Assembly (NCBI GenBank): GCA_945903305.1
Contig: CAMDOA010000005.1
Coordinates: 494 to 64,493, forward strand
DNA: 64,000 nt
Direction of reading: 5' to 3'
Source of the DNA: Chitinophaga pinensis
GTDB taxonomy: Bacteria > Bacteroidota > Bacteroidia > Chitinophagales > UBA10324
Part shown: positions 19,052-28,891 of the stretch, one piece after another
Layout of the letters: every line of letters starts with the position of its first letter
How positions within the stretch are numbered: the stretch's first letter is position 1
Translations under genes and position numbers: made by a program
The notes under the pieces: generated by a model
The model's database searches: none
Told to the model about the DNA's origin: nothing
The model's input: the letters and a program-made list of their open reading frames with translations, nothing else

Positions 19052-21361
19052 TTATAATTTTACCAGCTTACTGACCGCCAAAATAGTTTTTCCATCTTTT
19101 AAAATACAATAGTAAATTCCGGATGGGTAATTTTTAAAATCCACTTTATTTTGATTTTTTATTTCATGATTATTTTCTGAATCAGAAATTAATTTTTTCG
19201 AAAAAATTTCTTGCCCATAAATATTGACAATTGTAATTATTTGTTCTGCAGTTGTGTGCGAATAAAAAATATTAAACTCATTTGCAGTGGGGTTTGGGTA
19301 AATGGTAAAATCAATTGTGCTTTTTAATTCCGCAATTCCATCAACAATGCAACTGCTGTCGTTGATCGTTGCTAATGGATTGTAGTTTAAGGCAGTTGAA
19401 TCGGTGCAGCCATAAACAAGTAAAGTTTGTAAAAAATTAAAGGCATCAACTTTTCCATATCCCCATTTAATATTTGGCACCAGTGTAGTAGTGAAGCTGT
19501 CGGTGTATGCTGATGCAAGTAAAGCATCCTTTATTTCTTTCCAATCAAGCGAAGGATATCGTTGCATATACAACCCGATTACTCCGGCAACTACCGGTGC
19601 TGCCATGCTGGTTCCGCCATCAATCAGGTGAAGACTATCAGCACTAACTTTCCAGGAACTGGCCCCACCAATAAATGTCGCTTGCATACTTAACATTAAT
19701 GCGCCGAAAGTATTATTGCCTGAGGCAGAAATATCCGGTTTCATTCTGCCATCGCGAGTGGGACCAATACTGCTTGTAAAGCCCCGTTCACCAACTGTAT
19801 CTGTGGTAGAATAAGTACTTCCTGTAACTTCGGTCCATGTGTTCCGGTTATTGAAATTGGCAACAGTGATTACAATTTCACTGCATTGAAAACTGCTTAC
19901 AATTGTTTGTGTTTGATTCGGACTTCTGTATCGTGCAACATCCGGATAAGATGAAACCGGCGGCAAACTTACTGTTTTAATCATATCACTTGTTCCGGTA
20001 TAAGTAGGTTGGCTCCAGATATCAAACTGACCGACCCCCTTGGTAATTAACCTGGAAAAGTTTGAGGCATTGTTTGTATTTATTGTAATTAATAAATGAT
20101 AAGTAGTGTCAATAGTTTCTGCCTGAATACTAAAATCTGCGATCGGTGTTCCTGCCCATGTTTTTAATGTATCATTTAGCTGTGCAAAGCCGCCTGAAAA
20201 AATAAAATCGGTTAATATGTTGTAATAATTTGTTCTTCCTAAATAAGTATATGGACTGTTTAAATCAGCACCGATAGCAAATTGCACATTATCAAACTGA
20301 CTTTTGTAAGCCCATAATTCGTAAATAACATTTTGAGTAGAAGGATTAACCTTAAACCAGGTAAATGCTGAATCTGTTTCAACCGGATATTGCAGATGCA
20401 ATAATCTGTTTCCCGCATTACCGGCGGCTGCAACAAATGAACGGGAACTATCAGCAACAATTAAATTTGAAATGGATAAAGCGGGTAAATCCAATCCATC
20501 ATGCGAACCATTATAGGTTCCAACACTTGCATTTATTACACAGGGTTTTCCTAAAAAAACGGCTTTTGTATAAATATAATTTACTGCATCAACGGTATTG
20601 TTTAAAAAATTTGGGCCTAAGTCAGCAGCCACAAAAATAATATCCGACTTGGGTGCAACTCCCTGATAAAGTGTATTATCAGGATCGCCACAAGCTGCTC
20701 CGGTTACCACACTGCCATGACTGAGCGCGCTCGTGGTTGGAACATATAAACAACCGGCATTTATTGAGGCTGCATCCCATTCCTGGCCATAGTTAAACGG
20801 CATGGGTGTGCTTCCGCCAGAAGTATCAATTTGCGACCATAAATATTTTATCCGAGTGTTTCCGCTGGCATCAATAAAATCGGGATGGTAAATATCAATT
20901 TCAGTATCAATAATCCCGATTATTACTCCGGTTCCATCATATGCTTGAGGGAGAGGTGACTGACCTTGCTTTACAGGAGTAATGTTAGCATGAATATCGG
21001 TCTGATCATCTAAAGTATGACCAATTCCATGGCGGCCTTCAATTCTTTTTATTCCGCTGGTTTGCGATAAAATAAAAATTTTATTTACCGGAAGTGTAAC
21101 AGCTGAAATTTGATTTATTGAATATTTAAAATTTCCTCCCAGATTTTTTACCGCATTTTGAATAATAGTTTCATTGCCCTGAACAAGTAACTGAAGTAAT
21201 TCATTACTGGTTGAATTTTCAATTACATAATTACGAAGCGATAGATTTATAGTGGCTTGTTCCTGTGCGTGAATAATATTTGTAAAATGCAGAAGGAATA
21301 ACAAACTAAAAAGGATTTTTCTAAGTGGAAATATGTTTGACAAGGCTGTAATTTTTATCAT
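19052..21361 (-). CDS. S8 (subtilisin-family) serine peptidase with T9SS type A CTD
   Basis: Triad motifs GIIDT, SHGS and GGTSMAAP; oxyanion AAGN; KPDISA, WGYGKVD, GCTD motif, IYPNPT CTD. Confidence 0.92.
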   Translation of the reverse strand: MIKITALSNIFPLRKILFSLLFLLHFTNIIHAQEQATINLSLRNYVIENSTSNELLQLLVQGNETIIQNAVKNLGGNFKYSINQISAVTLPVNKIFILSQTSGIKRIEGRHGIGHTLDDQTDIHANITPVKQGQSPLPQAYDGTGVIIGIIDTEIDIYHPDFIDASGNTRIKYLWSQIDTSGGSTPMPFNYGQEWDAASINAGCLYVPTTSALSHGSVVTGAACGDPDNTLYQGVAPKSDIIFVAADLGPNFLNNTVDAVNYIYTKAVFLGKPCVINASVGTYNGSHDGLDLPALSISNLIVADSSRSFVAAAGNAGNRLLHLQYPVETDSAFTWFKVNPSTQNVIYELWAYKSQFDNVQFAIGADLNSPYTYLGRTNYYNILTDFIFSGGFAQLNDTLKTWAGTPIADFSIQAETIDTTYHLLITINTNNASNFSRLITKGVGQFDIWSQPTYTGTSDMIKTVSLPPVSSYPDVARYRSPNQTQTIVSSFQCSEIVITVANFNNRNTWTEVTGSTYSTTDTVGERGFTSSIGPTRDGRMKPDISASGNNTFGALMLSMQATFIGGASSWKVSADSLHLIDGGTSMAAPVVAGVIGLYMQRYPSLDWKEIKDALLASAYTDSFTTTLVPNIKWGYGKVDAFNFLQTLLVYGCTDSTALNYNPLATINDSSCIVDGIAELKSTIDFTIYPNPTANEFNIFYSHTTAEQIITIVNIYGQEIFSKKLISDSENNHEIKNQNKVDFKNYPSGIYYCILKDGKTILAVSKLVKL

Positions 21362-21579
21362 GGTTTGTATTTTGAAATTTTCAATGAATTAAAATTAAAT
21401 TTCATTACCGATAAATTATTTAATAGTTGCGAACAACTATAAGCGTGCTGCCTATGTAAAAAGTCGGTTTAAATTTTTTGTTTATGAATTATTCAGCTGT
21501 GGATTTTGTCTTATTTGTAGCGGTAATAAGATGTGGAATACCGATGGAAACAATTAATTTGAGCAATGTGTTTTTAAGA

Positions 21580-21587
21580 TACATTTG
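21580..21587 (+). promoter_or_regulatory. Bacteroidota -7 promoter element
   Basis: TACATTTG 24 nt upstream of the 21612 ATG. Confidence 0.55.
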
Positions 21588-21611
21588 AACCTCTAAAATA
21601 AAATTTACCAA

Positions 21612-24600
21612 ATGAATAAATTCTCTCGGTTTTTTACCACTTTAATGGTGTTATTAATTTTTTGCTTTTCTTTTTCCAATGCGCAAACAAGTTGGGTGGA
21701 GTTAATGAAAGATCCAACAGCTAATTTTTTTGATGTACAAAATGCGTTCAACCAGTACTATTATAATTATGTGCAACAACATGGTAAGGAATCAAAAGAG
21801 GAGAATGGTATTTTAAAAGTAAAGCAAAGAGAAAGTGAATTTGAGGTTCCCGGGTTCGAGCAATTTAAAAGATGGGAATGGTTTATGGCTCCGCGTGTTT
21901 CGTCAACCGGCGAAAGGTTTGACCAGTCAATTGCATATAATGAATATGTAATTAAGGTAAAACCAATGTTAAATAATACGCGATCTACAGCATGGTCGCT
22001 TATTGGCCCAACAACTCAAATGCCTGATGGCGGCGGTTCGGGGCGCATTAACTTCATTCGGTTTATGCCCGGAAATAACAATATAATTTTTGCCGGCGCA
22101 CCTGCAGGTGGTTTATGGAAATCTATTGACGGTGGATCAAATTGGACTACAAATACTGATGATCTTGCCGTTATTGGTTGTTCTGATTTAGCCATTGACC
22201 CAAATAATACAAACATTATGTACCTGGCCACCGGCGATCAGGATGCTGGTGATACCTATTCAATTGGTTTGTTAAAATCAATTGATGGCGGAGCCACATG
22301 GAATACAACCGGCTTAAATTATAATGTGTCGAGCCGGTTAACCGTTGCACGAATTCTTATTAATCCATCAAACACAAATATTTTAATTGCAGTTACAAAT
22401 GGATATTATGGCGGTGTTAGTGGCGGTATTTTCAGATCAACAAATGGTGGAACAAACTGGACACAGGTTGGATCAGGAGGTAATTATGAAGATGCTGAAT
22501 TTAAACCCGGTGATCCAAGTGTAGTTTATGCTTGTACTGAACGGTTGTATAAAAGTACAGATGGCGGTTTAAACTTCAGTTTGGTAACCAATATTCCAAC
22601 AGGAGGCGATAGAATGAAAATTGCAGTTACTCCTGCTAATGCAAATTATGTTTATGCTGTTACAGCCGATAATGCGGATTGGGGATTAGGTGCTTTTTAC
22701 CAATCAACTAATTCTGGAACAACCTTTACATCAATGAATACTACTTATGATATTCTTGGGTTTAATACCAATGGAACCGGTGGCGGCGGACAAGGTTGGT
22801 ACGATTTGGCAATTGATGCTTCACCTTTAGATGCTAATGCAGTGGTTGTTGGTGGTATTCATACTTATAAATCGGCAAATGGAGGTTCAACCTGGAGCAT
22901 ACATGGTGCAGGATATGGTACAAATGCTAAAATTCACCCTGATATTCATGAAGTAATATTTATGCCTGGAACAAGCACCTGTTTTGTAGGTTCAGATGGT
23001 GGAGTGCACAAAACAACTAATAACGGAAGCACCTTTTCTGATTTAAGCGATGGGTTACAAATTGCGCAGGCTTACAGATTGAGTTGTGCCGCAACTAATG
23101 CAACAATTACCATGTCGGGCTGGCAAGATAACGGTACTAATCGTTGCATAGCAGGCGCATGGGAAGAAGTATTGGGCGGAGATGGAATGGAAACAATTAT
23201 ATCATGGGCATCGTCTCAAACCATGTATGCCGAATTGTATTATGGCGAAATTTATAAATCAACCAACGGAGGGAATTCATTTGGAAATAATCCTATAGTA
23301 AATTCAGGCGGAACCGCAGGAACTGAAGATGAAGATGGCGATTGGGTAACACCTTATGTACAAGACCCTGTAAATTCATCAACGCTTTATGTTGGTAAAA
23401 CAAAAGTGTATAAATCAACCAACAGCGGAACATCGTGGACCGCATTGGGTGCTGTTACTCCAGGATCCGGCAAATTAAAATCGCTGGCCGTTGCTCCATC
23501 AAACACAAGTTATATCTACTGCGCTAAATCTGACAGGTTTTTTGTTTCAACCAATGGCGGAACATTATTTACAGATAGAACCGCCGGGATTCCGGTTACC
23601 TCAGGATCAATTACCTATATTGCCATAAGCAACACTGACCCAAATAAAGTTTGGGTAAGTCTTTCAGGATACAATGCTGCAAACAAGGTAATGTATAGCA
23701 GCAATGCCGGGCAAACATGGAATAATATTTCAACCGGATTACCTAATGTGCCTGCCAATTGTGTGGTGTATGTAAATGGCAGCAGCGCAAATTCATTATA
23801 CTGCGGCACTGATATCGGAGTTTTTTATCGTGACGATAACACCGGAAACTGGATTGTGTATTCTGATGCATTACCTAATGTTGTGGTTACCGAATTAGAA
23901 ATCCATTACCCTTCAAGTAAAATTCGTGCATCAACCTACGGAAGAGGAATATGGGAATGTGATTTATATGCTGCCTCACTTTCGGCGCCCACCGCCTCAT
24001 TTATATCAAGCACAATGCAAGGGTGTGCCGGCATTTCAATTCAATTTACAAGTACCAGTATTTTTGCCAATACCTATTCATGGGATTTTCAAGGTGGAAC
24101 ACCATCGTTTGGAATATCAAATAATGAAACCGTTGTTTATAATACTCCTGGCACTTATCCTGTAAAACTTATTGTAACAAATGCACTCGGAGTGGATTCT
24201 GTTGTTCAAACCAACTACATAATCATTGGACCGGCTATTAACGCATCAGCATCGGGAACCAATATTGTTTGTTTCTCGCAAAATAATGGAAGCGCCACAG
24301 GGGCTTTTGTTGGCGGAACTTCACCTTACACTTTTGTCTGGTCAAACGGTGCAACTACTTCAACCATTAATAACCTGGCAAGCAGCAGCTATTCATTTTC
24401 AGTTACGGATGCTTTAGGATGTCTTGCCACAGCACAAATTACCATTACACAACCTCCTGCACTTTTAGGAAATGTAGCAATTACAGCTGACGATGGAACC
24501 AACAGTGGCGCAATCAATTTAACACCAACAGGCGGTACTCCAATATACACATACATTTGGTCAACCGGCGAAACCGATCAGGATATTGCTGGTTTAGCTG

Positions 24601-24935
24601 CTGGTGTTTATACAGTAACCATAACAGATACAAAGGGATGTATTAAAGTAGTTTCAACAACAGTTTCATCAAATGTTGGCATCGATGCCATTGATGAAGT
24701 GAATAGCTGGCTCATTTATCCAAACCCAACGCATGATTGGTTAACTATTGATGCAAGCAAATTAACCATTGCCGATATCGCGTTGTATAATTTGTTAGGT
24801 CAGCTGATTACAAAACTGAAAATGGAAAATTCTAACTCCATCCAAGTGAACCTATCGGATTTACCGGTTGGTGAATACTGGTTAAAAATTACCACTGATA
24901 AAGGAGTGGCATACCGAAAAATCATGAAGAGCTAA
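21612..24935 (+). CDS. BNR/Asp-box (VPS10/GH74-like) beta-propeller protein with PKD, SprB repeats and T9SS type A CTD
   Basis: FKRWEWF, many SxD/NGGxxW Asp-boxes, HPDIH, GGDGM, ASTYGRGIW, YSWDFQGG PKD, IYPNPT CTD. Confidence 0.87.
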   Translation: MNKFSRFFTTLMVLLIFCFSFSNAQTSWVELMKDPTANFFDVQNAFNQYYYNYVQQHGKESKEENGILKVKQRESEFEVPGFEQFKRWEWFMAPRVSSTGERFDQSIAYNEYVIKVKPMLNNTRSTAWSLIGPTTQMPDGGGSGRINFIRFMPGNNNIIFAGAPAGGLWKSIDGGSNWTTNTDDLAVIGCSDLAIDPNNTNIMYLATGDQDAGDTYSIGLLKSIDGGATWNTTGLNYNVSSRLTVARILINPSNTNILIAVTNGYYGGVSGGIFRSTNGGTNWTQVGSGGNYEDAEFKPGDPSVVYACTERLYKSTDGGLNFSLVTNIPTGGDRMKIAVTPANANYVYAVTADNADWGLGAFYQSTNSGTTFTSMNTTYDILGFNTNGTGGGGQGWYDLAIDASPLDANAVVVGGIHTYKSANGGSTWSIHGAGYGTNAKIHPDIHEVIFMPGTSTCFVGSDGGVHKTTNNGSTFSDLSDGLQIAQAYRLSCAATNATITMSGWQDNGTNRCIAGAWEEVLGGDGMETIISWASSQTMYAELYYGEIYKSTNGGNSFGNNPIVNSGGTAGTEDEDGDWVTPYVQDPVNSSTLYVGKTKVYKSTNSGTSWTALGAVTPGSGKLKSLAVAPSNTSYIYCAKSDRFFVSTNGGTLFTDRTAGIPVTSGSITYIAISNTDPNKVWVSLSGYNAANKVMYSSNAGQTWNNISTGLPNVPANCVVYVNGSSANSLYCGTDIGVFYRDDNTGNWIVYSDALPNVVVTELEIHYPSSKIRASTYGRGIWECDLYAASLSAPTASFISSTMQGCAGISIQFTSTSIFANTYSWDFQGGTPSFGISNNETVVYNTPGTYPVKLIVTNALGVDSVVQTNYIIIGPAINASASGTNIVCFSQNNGSATGAFVGGTSPYTFVWSNGATTSTINNLASSSYSFSVTDALGCLATAQITITQPPALLGNVAITADDGTNSGAINLTPTGGTPIYTYIWSTGETDQDIAGLAAGVYTVTITDTKGCIKVVSTTVSSNVGIDAIDEVNSWLIYPNPTHDWLTIDASKLTIADIALYNLLGQLITKLKMENSNSIQVNLSDLPVGEYWLKITTDKGVAYRKIMKS

Positions 24936-24950
24936 AACTATTTTCGCCGC

Positions 24951-25946
24951 ATGAATTTATTGAGCGGTAAAAAAAGACTGATACAAATTTCTTTAGCAGT
25001 TAGCATCGTGATGCTGGCTGCTAAATTTTTTTCGTACTTTCTCACTCACTCCAACATCATTTTATCTGATGCCATGGAGAGTATTATAAATGTAGTGGCA
25101 AGTGCCTTTGCAGCTTTCAGCATTCATTTATCAGCGCAGCCAAAAGATGAAAACCATCCGTATGGTCACGGCAAAATTGAATTTCTGGCCAGTGTTACAG
25201 AAGGAATTTTGATATTTCTTGCCGGCCTTTTCATTTTTGTAAAAGCCTGTCACAACTTTTTTTTCGAACAAACCATTCAGGCAATGGATATTGGTTTGAT
25301 TATAATTTCAGCTACCGCGTTGGTAAATTTTATTCTTGGAAAAATTCTGGTGCGCGAAGGAAAAAAAACAAATTCACTTTTGCTGGTGGCAGAAGGCAAA
25401 CACTTACTAAGTGATAACCTGACCACACTTGTAGGAGTTGCCGGAATTATTGTGGTGGTTATTACCAACATGCCTGAAATCGACACCCTGTTTTCGTTAA
25501 TACTTGGGTTAATCATGTTGCGAAGCGGTTATCGAATTATTCGACCATCGGTTGCCGCATTGATGGATGAAGCGGATAGTGATTTAATGAAAACTGTATC
25601 AACTCATTTTATGAATAATCGCAAACCCGATTGGATAGATGTACACAACCTGCGCATAGTAAAATATGGTTCCGATATTCATATTGATTGTCATGTTACA
25701 TTTCCGTATTACCACAGCTTGACTGAAACACATACATTGGTCAATGATATTGAAGTCATGCTTCGCAAAAATTATCCACAGGAACTGGAAATATTTATTC
25801 ATGCCGACCCATGTATTCCGGTTGATTCGTGCATCATTTGTTTAAAACAAGATTGCTCGGTCCGACAAAATCCTTTCATTAAAAAAATGGAATGGACGCC
25901 ACTTTTATTGGCCGCAAATAAGAAACATCATTTTCATAACATATAA
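24951..25946 (+). CDS. Cation diffusion facilitator (FieF-like) transporter
   Basis: SDAMES, D.NHPYGHGKIE, HLLSD, DVHNLR, IHIDCH, IHADPC. Confidence 0.93.
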   Translation: MNLLSGKKRLIQISLAVSIVMLAAKFFSYFLTHSNIILSDAMESIINVVASAFAAFSIHLSAQPKDENHPYGHGKIEFLASVTEGILIFLAGLFIFVKACHNFFFEQTIQAMDIGLIIISATALVNFILGKILVREGKKTNSLLLVAEGKHLLSDNLTTLVGVAGIIVVVITNMPEIDTLFSLILGLIMLRSGYRIIRPSVAALMDEADSDLMKTVSTHFMNNRKPDWIDVHNLRIVKYGSDIHIDCHVTFPYYHSLTETHTLVNDIEVMLRKNYPQELEIFIHADPCIPVDSCIICLKQDCSVRQNPFIKKMEWTPLLLAANKKHHFHNI

Positions 25947-26049
25947 TCAGTTAATTAAAATAATTGCACTTACTTACCTAAATTTGCAAAGCCAAAAAAA
26001 ATTAAAATTTAAGTTCCTGAAAATAATTTCGTTCCCTTCAATAGTTAAT

Positions 26050-26608
26050 TTATTTTTTAAAAATATACTCCAAATGAATGGCCTTTTGAAAGTCATCATT
26101 TTGATATCCTAAACTTTTTACAGATGGAAATCCGGCTGATGCAATATAAATATTTGCACTTCGCTGAACCATGTATTCATTTCCACCATCATTATCATAT
26201 AAAATAAAATCATAAGCAGTTTCTAATTCAGTAATTTCAAGCGCAGGAACAATATTAAATTCATACGAGTTATTATAAATGGCATCTGTTACAGTACTTG
26301 TTTTACTCGACCACAGAGTTGTACTGTTATCATCCTTTATCATTGGAAAAATATCAGGAAGGCCAATAGCATCTGTATCCCAGTTGTCATCAAAATCATT
26401 GTATCGTGGAAATTCGGAGATGACAATTTTAGTGATAAGAACCTTCTCAACGGATTTCCGGATAAAGCAATCGTTGGCGGTATCCATATGGACAAACACA
26501 GGTATCACCATCGCAATAACCTCCGTTCAGGCAACTGAATTCTTTACAGGCATCGTTTCCACAGCTGATAAAAAGTAAAGGAATCAGAAAAAGAAAAAGG
26601 AATTTCAT
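26050..26608 (-). pseudogene. EGF-like-domain lipoprotein gene split by a frameshift near 26479
   Basis: ATG at 26608 gives MKFLFLFLIPLLFISCGNDACKEFSCLNGGYCDGDTCVCPYGY, then stops at 26447. The last EGF cysteine (ANDC) and the rest of the protein lie in the frame of ORF 26050..26511. Confidence 0.75.
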
Positions 26609-26679
26609 ATTTTAAATTGACCGGAAATGTAAATGATTATTGTAAAATTTTTAATGTTCAAATTGAAAAAAAACTTTCA

Positions 26680-27090
26680 TCACAAGGTTCGTGTTTCACC
26701 AATCATTTTATCATACTCAATATCGTTGGCTTCCCATAACTCAAGTTTATTTCCTTCCGGGTCAAGTATATGCACGAACCTTCCATATTCAAAAACTTCA
26801 ATTTCATCACACACTGTTACCCCTTCTTTTTTTAATTCTTCAACTAACCATTCCAGATTTTCAACTCTGAAGTTGATCATAAATTCTTTTTGTGAAGGTT
26901 CAAAATATCTTGTGTCATTCTTAAAAGTGCTCCAAACCGAAAATGCTTTTTCGCCTGTTGATTTCTTCCATTCGAAACTGGTTCCGTAACTATCCGTTTT
27001 CAAACCCAGATGAGTTGCATACCACGCACGGATATTTTCAGGATTATCGCATTTGAAAAATAATCCGCCTATGCCGGTAACTTTTTTTTT
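26680..27090 (-). CDS. VOC/glyoxalase family protein; conserved N-terminus present but no in-frame ATG (possible pseudogene)
   Basis: The frame extends upstream of the listed ORF as KKKVTGIGGLFFKCDNPENIRAWYATHLGL; also MINFRVENL and YGRFVHILDPEGNKLELWE. Confidence 0.8.
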   Translation of the reverse strand, partial: KKKVTGIGGLFFKCDNPENIRAWYATHLGLKTDSYGTSFEWKKSTGEKAFSVWSTFKNDTRYFEPSQKEFMINFRVENLEWLVEELKKEGVTVCDEIEVFEYGRFVHILDPEGNKLELWEANDIEYDKMIGETRTL

Positions 27091-27169
27091 ATATTTATTT
27101 TTATTAATTGAGATTCAAAAATAGACTTCCTCATAAAATATTTGAGTAATGTTTTCAATCGTCGGTTCA

Positions 27170-27207
27170 CCTCTCCATTTATTCATTGAGAGGGGTTAGG
27201 TGTGAGG
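27170..27207 (+). repeat. Degenerate REP-like hairpin element (CCTCTCC...GAGAGGGG TTAGGTGTGAGG)
   Basis: CCTCTC/GAGAGG inverted pair followed by a GGTTAGGTGTGAGG tail; single copy in this window. Confidence 0.45.
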
Positions 27208-27368
27208 TTAATAAGTTGCAATGTCTTTTTCTAAGTAGTATGTTTTCAGAATGAATTTCAGATTCAGATTAATACTTAAAACGAACTTGTCAAACCTGAT
27301 TTTCCTCCTTGTTTTATTGATAGTGCTTACCTTATTTTGTCGCGCATAAAAAAGTGTAATTTTTTTTC

Positions 27369-27734
27369 ATGAACAGTTCTCCGGTAGATTTTTTTCCAAT
27401 TGTTATTCAGTTTTTTGTGGCCGCAGGTTTTGTTGGTGTCACCATGTTTGTTACACACATTATCGGGCCGCGACTTTCGACCAAAAAAAAATTAAAACCA
27501 TTTGAAAGCGGAATTGAATCTGTTGGCAATGCACGGCAACCATTTGCCATCAAGTATTTTTTAACAGCCATTCTTTTTGTATTGTTTGATGTGGAAGTAA
27601 TCTTTTTATATCCATACGCAATTAACTTTCTCGATTTAGGAATGAGCGGTTTAATCACCATGTTACTGTTCATGGGTTTGTTGTTGTGCGGTTTAATTTA
27701 TGTAATCAGAAGTGGTGCGTTGGATTGGGAATAG
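27369..27734 (+). CDS. nuoA: NADH-quinone oxidoreductase subunit A
   Basis: PFESG, YFLTAILFVLFDVEVIFLYP, GALDWE. Confidence 0.97.
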   Translation: MNSSPVDFFPIVIQFFVAAGFVGVTMFVTHIIGPRLSTKKKLKPFESGIESVGNARQPFAIKYFLTAILFVLFDVEVIFLYPYAINFLDLGMSGLITMLLFMGLLLCGLIYVIRSGALDWE

Positions 27735-27804
27735 AAAATATAAATTAATACGCTATCAAGTTAACCTGAAACAATAAACACAAAACATTTTAACTCTTAG
27801 CCAA

Positions 27805-28365
27805 ATGGCACTCGATACAAATACAGTACAGGCAAAAATAGTAGCACCACCACTTGGAGTTGGCGGTCCCGGTTACTATGCCACCAGTTTTGATAAAGCA
27901 ATTGGATTGGCAAAACAATATTCCATTTGGCCATTGCCATTTGCAACTTCATGTTGCGGAATTGAATTTATGGCCACCATGGGACCGCATTATGATTTGT
28001 CGCGCTTCGGTGCCGAGCGATTAAGTTTCTCGCCACGCCAGGCAGATTTATTAATGGTGATGGGAACCATTGCAAAAAAAATGGGTCCTGTTTTAAAACA
28101 GGTATATGAACAAATGGCTGAGCCACGCTGGGTCATTGCAGTAGGCGCATGTGCATCGAGCGGTGGAATTTTTGATACTTATTCCGTGCTACAAGGAATC
28201 GACCAGATTATTCCTGTTGATGTTTATGTACCCGGTTGCCCGCCGCGCCCTGAGCAAATTATTGATGGCTTCATGCGCATACAGGATTTGGTTCATAACG
28301 AATCGCAGCGTCGCCGAAACTCACCCGAATACAAAGCATTATTGGAATCATACGGAATAAGATGA
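27805..28365 (+). CDS. nuoB: NADH-quinone oxidoreductase subunit B
   Basis: [33 protein letters not shown]. Confidence 0.97.
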   Translation: MALDTNTVQAKIVAPPLGVGGPGYYATSFDKAIGLAKQYSIWPLPFATSCCGIEFMATMGPHYDLSRFGAERLSFSPRQADLLMVMGTIAKKMGPVLKQVYEQMAEPRWVIAVGACASSGGIFDTYSVLQGIDQIIPVDVYVPGCPPRPEQIIDGFMRIQDLVHNESQRRRNSPEYKALLESYGIR

Positions 28366-28886
28366 ACGAAACAATTGATTATAAAAAAGTAACAGAACGG
28401 ATTGCTGAAAAATTCGGAGCAAAAGTTCATTCACCCGAAGAACCGTATGGGATGTTGACTTTGCGAACAGATAAAGATTCAATCATACCATTACTTCAAT
28501 TTCTTCGAGATGATGAAGCCATGCAGTTTATTTTCCTCACTGATGTTTGCGCCGTTCATTTTCCAGATAAAGCCGAAAAATTCGAAGTGGTTTATCACAT
28601 TCATTCTTTAATGCACAATCTTCGGGTAAGAATAAAAGTTGCCCTAAGTGGCGAACCAAAAATTCCAACCGCTGTCAATGTATTCAAAGGAGCGAATTGG
28701 ATGGAACGCGAAACATATGATTTCTATGGAGTGATTTTCGAAGGGCATCCGAATCTAAAACGGATTTTAAATGTTGATGAAATGACAATATTTCCAATGA
28801 GGAAAGAATATCCATTGGAAGATAACACGCGCATTGATAAAGACGATAAAATGTTTGGAAGGATAAATGTGAACCGTGAAAACTAA
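28362..28886 (+). CDS. nuoC: NADH-quinone oxidoreductase subunit C
   Basis: [32 protein letters not shown]. Confidence 0.96.
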   Translation: MNETIDYKKVTERIAEKFGAKVHSPEEPYGMLTLRTDKDSIIPLLQFLRDDEAMQFIFLTDVCAVHFPDKAEKFEVVYHIHSLMHNLRVRIKVALSGEPKIPTAVNVFKGANWMERETYDFYGVIFEGHPNLKRILNVDEMTIFPMRKEYPLEDNTRIDKDDKMFGRINVNREN

Positions 28887-28891
28887 AACAG

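Noticed and set aside
21423-21440. Hairpin ATAGTTG-CGAA-CAACTAT between divergent genes
   Set aside because: A 7-bp AT-rich stem with no tail or second copy; not distinguishable from chance.
26279-26989. Plus-strand ORFs 26279..26578 and 26633..26989
   Set aside because: They are antisense to the EGF-like lipoprotein and VOC genes, which explain the region better.
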